From Macrostomum hystrix (Eukaryota > Animalia > Platyhelminthes), in the NCBI GenBank assembly GCA_950097015.1, contig CATNEN010000003.1:10478001-10542000 (forward strand): 64,000 bases of DNA, in the 5' to 3' direction. A program made the position numbers and the translations under genes. Positions 36,201-46,900 of this stretch are shown in pieces; the first letter of the stretch is position 1; the number at the start of each line of letters is the position of its first letter. The notes below the pieces were generated by a model. It was given only the letters and a program-made list of their open reading frames with translations. It was not told the DNA's origin and ran no database searches.

Positions 36201-39200
36201 GCGCGGAGACAAAGCAATAATAATAATTGCAGGAGGGCTGCGGGCAGTGGCACATCATTTGGTGACACTAGACACGCAGCCTGCGAGGAGGCAATTCTGC
36301 CCATTTCGCTGACTCCTGAGCACACACGCACACAGATACCGTACGCAGGCACACGCTCACACAGGTGTGTACATCTGCCCTGACTTTCTCATCGTCAGGC
36401 AGTGTACACTCTCACTGTGCCTTGGAGGTTGGCCCTCAAGGGCGTAGATTGCACGGCAAGCCCCCAAGCCTTCTCTCCGCGGCTGCGCCCCAAATAAATG
36501 TGGCCTCGCCGTGGAATCGAACTTAGGGACCTTGATGCGAGAGGCAAACGCGATAACCGCTCGGCCACCGCCCCCGAGACAAAGCAAAGCCAAAGACAGA
36601 GAATGGAGAATTAGGATCATACAAAATTTGGTCACTAATCCCCACCTTTCGTGTCCTCCTCGTCGAATGAGCCAATGTCGAAGGCGTCGTGCGCGTTGAC
36701 CTCACCGCGTGGCGGCACCAGAGGCGCCGGGTACTTCTGCAGGTAGACCTGGCCCCAGTCGATACCGGCAAAGAACGGGTGCTCTTTGAGCTCGACGGCG
36801 CCGCGACCTCGACAGCCGGTGCGTTGATCCACGTCTCTGGCTAGCAGGCCCTCCAATAGGTCGCGAATCTCCGGCGACATACTGTCGTTAAAATCCGGAT
36901 TAACTGTCATTGTCATGCGATCAATCTCGTGCTTATCCTTGGTCTTGTGATTCCTAAATGGACTATGGCCTTTCAATAGTTTATAGAGCATGCAGCCGTA
37001 GCTGAACCAATCAGCGGAGCTGTCGTAGGCTGTGCCCTTCTGCAGCACCTCCGGCGCCATGTAGCCGTGCGTGCCGACGCTGGCGTGCGGCTTTTTCTTG
37101 GAAAAATCGCAAGCCAAACCGAGGTCGCTGATGCGAACGTGACCGTGCTCGTCAAGCAGTATGTTAGCCGGCTGCGTGCATTAATGGATTTGAAACTAAA
37201 TTAGGTAATTAAAAATGATGAAAATAGAAAACCACCCCACTCCCTGAGCCAATAGAAAACCTCCTCACTCTCTGAGCCAATAGACAAATCGGTCATTCTA
37301 AACTGGCCAATCGGTCATCGCACACGAACCCACCTTCAAATCGCGGTAGACCACAAATCTTGAGTGCATATGCTCCAGTCCCAGCAGTACTTCGGCTGCG
37401 TAGAATTTCACTTCCTTCTCGGCGAATACGCCGTGCTGTGACAGGTGATAATGCAGGTCGCCGCCATTCATCAGGTCGAGAATGAAGCAGAGTTTTTCGC
37501 TAGTCTGAAAAGCGTAGGTCATGCAGACGATGAAGGGACAGCCGTCCCCGGTGCTAACTAGCGACAGCATGATCCGTTCATTTAGTGCCAGGGTTTCGCC
37601 ACCCTTCAGTTTGATTCGCTTCTTATCCAGACACTTCATGGCGTACATTTTGCCGGTGTCGGCTTTGCGACAACCGTAGACTTCGCCGAAGCCGCCGCGG
37701 CCGATGATGCGATGAACGCTGAAGTCGTTGGTGGTTAACTGGAATGTGGGGGCAGATTAAGTAAGTTAAACTTGATTGGTAAAAGTAACGATATCTATTG
37801 TGCAAGCAACGAATTAAAATGTTAAGTAACTTCAGTTATAGCAGGGTTAACGCGATTGCTTCTCGCACCAAGGTCCCTGAGCTCGATTCCGCGGTGAGGC
37901 CACATTCACAGTAAGAAAGTCAGAGCAGATGTACACACCTGTGTATGTGTGCCTATGCACGGTATCTGTGTGCGTGTGTTATCAGGAGTCAGCGAAATCG
38001 GCAGAATTGCCTCCTCGCTGGCTGCAGACATGGTGTCACCAAATTATGTGCCCATCGTTCACAGCCCTCTTGCAAATAAAATCATTAGTATTTCTTATGT
38101 AACGGAAGTCGATAAAAAGTAACGGAGAAAAACAAAAGGCGATTTCGAAGAAAACAAACGGATTTTTTAAATTAAAAAATAACTTTGTTGGAAAGCTTTT
38201 ACAAAACGAATAGTAACAGAAATTTTATTAAATTAAAAGTAACGGTTTTCTTAAGCAGCCGTAAGCTTACGCTGATATTCAACTCCAGATTCTTCCACTG
38301 ACAGAAGCGAGTGAATTTATCCGATCTAACAAACAGATCGAAGGCTTCCCGTTTGAGGATTTCGCAGATCTCTCTGGCGTAGACGCTGAATGTGTCCTGC
38401 GGCAGGCTGCTGGATCGTTGCGAGGCTGTTAGCCGCTCCTGAACAAATGCGACAGCCGCCGTGCTGAACCTGTGGCTCTGGGCTAGCAGCTCCTAACAAT
38501 TCAATCGATTTTTCTTTGAAATATTCAAAGCCTCTTATATAATCCGCTTATTCAGATCTATTAGGGAGACACTACCCTCCGATTATTCAGGTCATTTGGA
38601 AGACACTACCCTCCGATTATTCAGGTCTAATAGGGAGACACTACCCTCCGTTTATTCAGGTCTATTAAGGAGACACTACCCTCCGTTTATTCAGGTCTAT
38701 TAGGGAGACACTACCCTCCGTTTATTCAGGTCTATTAAGGAGACACTACCCTCCGTTTATTCAGGTCTATTAAGGAGACACTACCCTCCGTTTATTCAGG
38801 TCTATTAGGGAGACACTACCCTCCGTTTATTCAGGTCTATTAAGGAGACACTACCCTCCGTTTATTCAGGTCTATTAGGGAGACACTAGACTCCGTTTAT
38901 TCAATCGAACAGTGGAGACTGAACCCTCCCATAGACATATCAATAAGTCTAAACCAACTACTAAATCATGTTCTACTGACCTGCATGATGAAGCTATCGT
39001 AGATATTTCTTCCAAGCTTCATTCGCATATCTTCACAGTCCAAATCTTCAAACTTTTTAATCTCTTCGTAGAAAGCCAAAACCTGCGAGCAGTCTTCCAA
39101 TTGTTGATCAACAAACTCTTTGAACAATAAGAAGCCAAGGCGTTGATTGAAGATCTTTTCAAATGTCACTTCCCCATTCTTAGTCAGGTGTTTAAACATG

Positions 39201-40496
39201 ACACTTCGGACACTGTGTTAGAAAAAACAATATGGGACATGCTTCAGCTATATAAATAAAATAATATGACGTAGCAACTTGCATATAGATAGTTAGTCAT
39301 ATAGTTACTTATTTTTGTATGATTTATTGATATGCTGGGAAAATGTAAAGTAAACATAGTTTAAGCAATTTTAGTCCATCTATGTTTAGATACACAGCAT
39401 TAAATACAAAGCAGCTAGCAAGTACAACAAGTTTTAAAAGTTGTAATTAAATTTAATTTTTTACTGATAAAAAAGATTAATAATATATTATATATTTTTT
39501 TCTAACAATTATTGTACCATGTCTTCAAGTAAAAAAATCCAGGCAACCCTATGTAAATAACTGCATGCTATTATATAATAATGCATTTATGCTATCAAGA
39601 TAGCTATTATGTTTGCTATATCTTTTAATCTCAAATTTATGTCATTATATATGCCTAAGTAATAATAAGTTATAAGTTATAATAATACACTTATTAACAC
39701 TTATTACACGAATAAGTTATTACATAAAATATAAAACAAGCTAAGTATTTCTAATCTTAGCAAATATTCAATAAATCTGGTCTATTGTGATGAAATAGTG
39801 ATAAATAGATAAAACATATATCATTTTATATTGCTCATTATTTGTTTGTTATGCTATGCAATGCCTAAACATCTGGTAGAACATAAAACAACTATTATTT
39901 AACAAAAAAATCAATACTTTTATTGTAAAGTTTCTTTTTTTCATTGTTAACAGTTAACCATTAGATTTAGCTACTTGCAAAAATACACTAATTAATTATA
40001 CTTATATAGATTGTAAATGCAGTTCAAATGCAAGAAATATTAAACTGCATAAGAATGAAGTAAGAGGAATGCCAAAAAAGTATTTTATTGGATTCTTGTA
40101 ATCTAGCTTGTTATATAAAAGATAATGAAATAGCTAGGCTAAGATTGTATAATTTGTACATAGTAGCTGTTATTTAAATTTCAATTGAAAAATTATTTCA
40201 ACTTAAAGCTAGCTAGCTAGCTACAAGAATTAGCTACTAAGAAAATAAATCTGCAAGTTCATGCTGCATTCAGACAATGAGTCAATAATAGTTTGTACTG
40301 ATCAATGACAATGGTCAGTAGAAAAAAAATAATGTACTTAAAGTCAGCATACTTATATATACCAGTATTTGTAAGTTACATACCTTGGGTCGGGCAGAGT
40401 GATCTTTTTACTTGCTCTTGCTGCGGGGGTAGACTTGGACTTTTCCATAGCCATCAAATAGCTGACATCAGCCAAAACTGCTTCAAGGTCAGCCAT
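33292..40496 (-). CDS. GRK2: G protein-coupled receptor kinase, GRK2/3 (beta-adrenergic receptor kinase) ortholog, about 761 aa; exons 40496-40384, 39212-38981, 38492-38271, 37738-37334, 37171-36646, 35346-34898, 33630-33292
   Basis: N-terminus [21 protein letters not shown]; RGS-homology domain; kinase motifs ([35 protein letters not shown]); PH domain. All six introns are GT-AG and phase-consistent; 2286 nt. Confidence 0.96.
33700..34832. repeat. Compound 20-21-bp minisatellites (GAATCCCTCTAGGGAAATCC-type, then CTAGAATCTTTCTAGGAAAAC-type) in the last GRK intron
   Basis: Tandem units; the second part shows a 3-unit, about 62-bp higher-order period. Confidence 0.93.
35555..35805 (+). mobile_element. 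tRNA-derived SINE family B with a CORE(MIR)-like central domain
   Basis: A box (TAGACTAGTGG), B box GGTTCGATTC, then TGTGTCCTTTAGCAAGACACTTAAC...CTTCAGTTCACCCAGCTATTAAATGGG; A-rich tail. Confidence 0.75.
36218..36575 (-). mobile_element. Full-length SINE family A (358 bp) with TSD, in GRK intron 5
   Basis: A box TGGCCGAGCGG, B box GTTCGATTCC, 3' stem-loop, (ATT)n tail. 12-bp TSD GAGACAAAGCAA at 36206-36217 and 36576-36587. Confidence 0.93.
37840..38080 (+). mobile_element. SINE family A, internally deleted copy in GRK intron 3
   Basis: tRNA-like head joined to the 3' half (GATGTACACACCTGTG...GGCAGAATTGCCTCCTCGC). Confidence 0.85.
38548..38902. repeat. 35-bp minisatellite (TATTAGGGAGACACTACCCTCCGTTTATTCAGGTC)n in GRK intron 2
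   Basis: About 10 direct units. Confidence 0.95.
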
Positions 40497-42006
40497 TCTG
40501 ATGGGGCCTACTCACTATCTGCAAGGCAGTAACAAAATAAAGCACGCAAGCTAGACAAGCTTATTATAAAAAAATGTTATTTTAACTCGATTGGTTTAGA
40601 CAAAGAAAAGCTTTTCGTCGTAAATTATTGTAGGCACGCAATGAATATGCATATTGTAAGAATGGGCTTCGTTGAAAAATGAAGGTCTCTATCTGAGTGT
40701 TATTTTTAGTATCATTAAGGGAAATGACTTGAATAGACCTTCAGTCACATGAATTTCTATACTATCAAAATTTGTGTCACAGAAGATCGACACTGTAAAA
40801 TGAGTTTTAAACTGGAATTGTTTCTGTTCTCGAAGAAAAAAATCCATTTTTAAAACTAGTGACGACGAAAAATGAAAATTGGGTAAAACAAAATTTACTT
40901 TTTTGTAGTTAAAGTAATCCGAACAGCGTTATATATTGCTAAAACTAAGTCTTAATAATAACTGCAAAGTTTTTATACAAAACAAAATGCATGTAAGTTG
41001 TAAAACACGCGCAACATTTTTACTGTCTAAAAATATAAAAATTAATTGCAGAAAGTTGACGCAAGGGATTGATATTTTCACATCACATTTAAAAATTATG
41101 ATGCTTTAAAATTATCCATGACTTTAGATCATAATTTCGTAACAACTGCGGTACTTTTAACAAATAATCATAAGGTCGTATATATTTTGGATGTCACAAG
41201 TTACATGTGTCGTGTTAAAAACATAAAATCATAATAAGGATTTGAACTAACTATGCATGGCCATGGGAGAAGCAAGAAACTTGTATATGGACCAAAAAAC
41301 ACATTCATATTTAGAAAGTACTAATTGAACTGCACTTGAATTTATAAACACGTGTCCAATCGATCGAATGAATTTGAATGTATTAATATTTAAAAAACTT
41401 TACGAATATTTGTAAGATTAGTTCAGCTTAACCAGCTTAGTCTCATTGCGGGATAAATTATTGCAAGAGGTAAAGTCACTCTGTGATAGATTACTAATAG
41501 CAGCTGTTTTTATTCCCGGGATGCTCAAGTAAAAGGCAAATGAAATACAATTAGTGCGCGTGCATTCATGACCACTGCTACTTCACTGAGTTGATGAATG
41601 TCCATATTTTAGAGACCAGAAAATTACTGAAAACATGAAGAGGGGAAGTAAAAATTAAGCTAACGCCCACTGCACTGCAAATCCTGCATATGCGCGCTTC
41701 AAATTACCATAGTAACCAAATACCTGTATGAATTTTGTTGGGATGGGTGGATCTCATCATGCAGCGGCAATCCATTTTTTAGCTTTTTGTCCCCATACTA
41801 TTCTCTCTCTTTTTTACTCCTGGCTCTTCTATCGTGTGCAGCCTTTTACCCTACCCTTGTCTCCATGGCTCTACTAGCCATAGCTAATAGCCATCATGCA
41901 ATGCTATACTCACATCATGCTGGAGCGTCTTCAAAAGCTGCCTCTCGCGGTCAGCCAATTTGTACCAACAGTCCCAAACCATGGGTATCATTAGAGCTGT
42001 TGGACA

Positions 42007-42175
42007 CTATCTATCTATCTATCTATCCATCTATCTATCTATCTATCTATCTATCTACCTATCTATCTACCTATCTATCTATCCATCTATCTATCTATCT
42101 ATCTACCTACCTATCTATCTATCCATCTATCTACCTACCTATCTATCTACCTATCTATCTATCTATCTATCTATA

Positions 42176-42228
<53 letters not shown>

Positions 42229-42294
42229 GTCTATCTACCTATCTATCTATCTATCCATCTATCTACCTACCTATCTACCTACCTATCTATCTAC

Positions 42295-42337
<43 letters not shown>

Positions 42338-42426
42338 CCTACCTACCTATCTATCTATCCATCTATCTATCTGTCTATCTACCTATCTATCTATCTATCC
42401 ATCTATCTACCTACCTATCTATCTAC

Positions 42427-42485
<59 letters not shown>

Positions 42486-42795
42486 CCTATCTATCTATCT
42501 ACCTACCTATCTATCTATCCATCTATCTACCTACCTATCTATCTACCTATCTATCTATCTATCTATCTATATATCTATCTATCTATCTATCTATCTACCT
42601 ACCTATCTATCTATCCATCTATCTACCTATCTATCTATCTATCCATCTATCTATCTATCTATCTACCTACCTACCTATCTATCTACCTATCTATCTATCC
42701 ATCTATCTATCTATCTATCTATCTACCTACCTATCTATCTATCCATCTATCTACCTACCTACCTATCTATCTACCTATCTATCTATCTATCTATA

Positions 42796-42849
<54 letters not shown>

Positions 42850-42886
42850 CCTATCTATCTATCTATCTATCTATCCATCTATCTAC

Positions 42887-42933
<47 letters not shown>

Positions 42934-43074
42934 CCTACCTATCTATCTATCCATCTATCTACCTACCTATCTATCTACCTATCTATCTATCTATCTATCT
43001 ATATATCTATCTATCTATCTATCTATCTACCTACCTATCTATCTATCCATCTATCTACCTACCTATCTATCTAC

Positions 43075-43107
<33 letters not shown>

Positions 43108-43134
43108 CATCTATCTACCTACCTATCTATCTAC

Positions 43135-43178
<44 letters not shown>

Positions 43179-43319
43179 TTACCTACCTATCTATCTATCC
43201 ATCTATCTACCTACCTATCTATCTACCTATCTATCTATCTATCTACCTACCTATCTATCTATCCATCTATCTACCTACCTATCTATCTACCTATCTATCT
43301 ATCTATCTATCTATCTATA

Positions 43320-43365
<46 letters not shown>

Positions 43366-43450
43366 CCTATCTATCTATCTATCTACCTACCTACCTATCT
43401 ATCTACCTATCTATCTATCTATCTATATATCTAATTATCTATCTATCTAT
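42007..43450. repeat. (TATC)n/(GATA)n microsatellite with TACC/CATC variants, about 1.44 kb
   Basis: Direct inspection. Confidence 0.98.
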
Positions 43451-43954
43451 TTAGAAACATAAAAAGCACAAAGCAGGTAGTACAAAAACAAGAACAGAGG
43501 AGATATAAAATAATGTTATTCATAAAACAATATTAAGTTAATTGATGTTCGTAGGCTGGTTGTTACTAGAGTTTATGATGCTGTGACTCCGAGCGTATTA
43601 GTTGATAGCAGCAATCGGGAAATATTGGACAAATGGCTGGGAGAGAATAGATAATAGATCAGTTGTAGGCACCCACAGTAGCCCAGAAGCATTCCTTTCT
43701 AATAGTTGCTGTTGTGCAGAAATAATGGCAAATGCTAGTTAGCAAGAGCACATTAAATAGAAACAATATAGACCAAAACTGACAGGATAGGTTGCAAAAA
43801 ACATTCCCCTAGCTCACTATTGGACAGTTGCTGGAGCGGTGAACGCATATAGTTATAGAAGAGTAGAGCGTGTTATGAATATTATTGCCTTGTAAGAATT
43901 CTAGAAGCAAAAAAACTAACAGCAACAGCAACAGCAGCAGGAGTAAAGCTAGCT

Positions 43955-46900
43955 ATGGCAAAAGCGGTTCAAAGTAAAAAAAAAATAGGCAATGACGATC
44001 GACTGCTCACCGAAGCTATGATGAATTTCAGCCTGTCGCCATTGCATAGCGACGAATCTGATACTGACTTGGATGTAAGCGGTAAGTGATTCATTAGAAC
44101 AGGTATATCGCTACTAGAACAGGGAGATCATGATTAGAACAGGTGGATCATGATTAGAACAGGTGGATCATGATTAGAACAGGTGGATCATGATTAGAAC
44201 AGGTGGATCATGATTAGAACAGGTATATCATGATTAGAACAGGTATATCATGATTAGAACAGGTAGATCATGATTAGAACAGGTGGATCATGGTTAGAAC
44301 AGGTAGATCATGGTTAGAACAGGTGGATCATGGTTAGAACAGGTGGATCATGGTTAGAACAGGTAGATCATGATTAGAACAGGTAGATCATGATTAGAAC
44401 AGGTAGATCATGACTAGAACAGGTAGATCATGATTAGAACATGTGGATTATGATTAGAACAGGTATATCATGATTAGAACAGGTGGATCATGATTAGAAC
44501 AGGTGGATCATGATTAGAACAGGAGGATCATGATTAGAACATGTAGATCATGATTAGAACAGGTAGATCATGATTAGAACAGGTAGATCATGGTTAGAAC
44601 AGGTGGATCATGATTAGAACAGGTGGATCATGATTAGAACAGGTAGATCATGATTAGACCAGGTAAATCCCCAACCGGTCTTGCAGCCGAGGAGGCCAAA
44701 GCTCAGCGCTGCAGTTTCCAATCCGAGCGTCGCAAGCGCACCGCCGCGGCCGCTAGAGAGGCCGGATCGCTACTGAGCCCGACTCCGCAGAGGCTGACTC
44801 GCAGTCAGACAGTCTACCTGGAGACCTGTCGCGAGTCTCATCAGACAGAGCAGGGCCGCGTACTGAATGGATTGTCATTGGAGACACTGTCGTTAAGGAA
44901 TCGTTACCTCGGCTCCAATTCTTTCAGGCCCGTTAGCTTAGCCCTGAGGGTGAGTGAGACTCATCCAGTGAAAAAACATTGGCCTGATAAACTGAATTGT
45001 TCTGACAAACCCTTTCTAGGTAAACACTAATGTCACCAAGCTAGACTTTGCGTCCAACGGTCTCGACCCTGAAGGTATGCTGTGCCTGGCTAAGGTCTTA
45101 AAAGTCAACACCACCGTGCAAGAATTGGTAAGTGCTTCGCCTGTGTGCTTTTTTGAGTGGGTTGTTAGTCTTGGTCAGAGAGTGAGGTGGCTGTCTATTT
45201 GAGGCAGGGAGTGAGGTGGCTGTCTATTTGAGGTAGGGAGTGAGGCGGCTGCCTATTTCAGACAGGGAGTGAGGTGGCTGTCTATTTCAGACAGGAAGTG
45301 AGGTGGTTGTCTGTTTGAGGCAGGGAGTAAGGTGGCTGTCTATTTGAGGTAGGTAGTGAGGTGGCTGCCTATTTCAGACAGGGAGTGAGGTGGCTGTCTA
45401 TTTCAGACAGGGAGTGAGGTGGCTGTCTGTTTGAGGCAGGGAGTGAGGTGGCTGTCTATTTGAGGCAAGGGAGGTGGCTGTCTATTTGAGGCAAGGGAGG
45501 TGGCTGTCTATTTGAGGCAAGGGAAGTGGATGTCTATTCAGACAGGGAGTGAGGTGGTTGTCTATTTGGGGCAGGGAGTGAGGTGGTTTTCAAGGAGGCA
45601 AAACCGTTAGTTATTAACAATTTAGATCCTGGCCTCGAATTGCATCGGAGATAAGGGAGCCGTGGCGGTGGCGGACATGATGAAGAGTAATACAACAATT
45701 CACACTCTTGATTTGAGCAGTGAGTACCACATGATTGTGCATATTTTAGAAATTCATGTCATTTGTGTAAAAAAAGTTCTGAACCAAAACTGTTAATTTC
45801 TGAATACAGGGTTAATTACTGTTAATTACTGAATACTGAATACTGTTTACGCTTAATCTAATCGTTTGAGATGAAATCATTATCTGACTCAAGATGATTA
45901 TTTCTAAAAAAAGAAACATACAGCTTCTAAAAAAAGAAACATACTGCTTCTAAAAAAGAAACATACTGCTTCTAAAAATAGAAACATACTGCTTCTAAAA
46001 ATAGAAACATACTGCTTCTAAAAATAGAAACAAACTGCTTCTAAAAATAGAAACATACTGCTTCTAAAAATAGAAACATACTGCTTCTAAAAATAGAAAC
46101 ATACTGCTTCTAAAAATAGAAACATACTGCTTCTAAAAATAGAAACATACTGCTTCTAAAAATAGAAACATACTGCTTCTAAAAATAGAGGCATATCGTT
46201 TCTACAACTAGAGGCATTCCGTTTATAAAAATAGAAGAATACCGCTTGTAAATTACGTTTAGCTTAGATTTTAATTAATCGTCTGTTAACTGTTCATTCA
46301 TTAATTTTCACGTTTCTTTTTTCAACCAAGGCAATCAAATCGGCGAAGAGGGCGGCAAGTACATCGCCCTGGGCATCGAGGAGAATGAGTCCGTTCGTCG
46401 TCTAAATCTCAGCAACAATCGCTTCTCGGAGACTGGCGCCCTGTACATCGGCCGCGCCCTGGCTGAGAACTTCATCCTCGAAGAGCTGGACATCAGCTGG
46501 TGCCGAGCGCGCAAAGTTGGCGCAGTCGGACTCTGCCAGGGCGTCAGGCGCAATGTCAGCCTGTCCCACGTCTGCCTGGCTTGGAACGGCTTCGGCTACG
46601 AAGGAGCCTTGGCTCTGACTGAACTGCTTCGCGGTAACAAGTACATCAAGGAACTTGATGTCAGCCACTGTCGCATCAACTGGCAGGGTGCCACCATGGT
46701 GGCCAATGGACTCAAATCAAATGCCTACTTGGAGACACTCAGGGTGGGTCTTGTTTGTATGCTTGCATATCGAGTACCTTCTATTCATGGCTCGTATTTG
46801 AACCCGATTTAACTCACTGCCTTCTCTACATATTTATCTCCCTACATCTCGATCCCTTCACCTCGCTTTCATCTCCCTACATCTCCCTCCCTTCTCTGTT

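Noticed and set aside
36240-36320. HDV-like ribozyme in the SINE A tail (GCC-TCCTCGCA-GGC; GCCTCCTCGCTGGC at about 38009 equals the HDV P3/L3 sequence)
   Set aside because: I could not build convincing P1, P1.1 and P2 helices with a proper J4/2 in either copy, and a simple nested hairpin explains the region. An Infernal/RNArobo HDV search on the consensus would settle it.
36365-36410. Hammerhead-like CTGACGA...GAAA...GTC in SINE A
   Set aside because: Only 3 nt for stem II and no stem III; the sequence folds as a plain hairpin.
36500-36575. tRNA gene, here and at the other SINE heads
   Set aside because: No complete cloverleaf acceptor stem, and the sequence continues into a shared SINE body with tail and TSD.
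41787-43462. 555-aa and 500-aa YLSI ORFs
   Set aside because: (TATC)n microsatellite that lacks stop codons on this strand.
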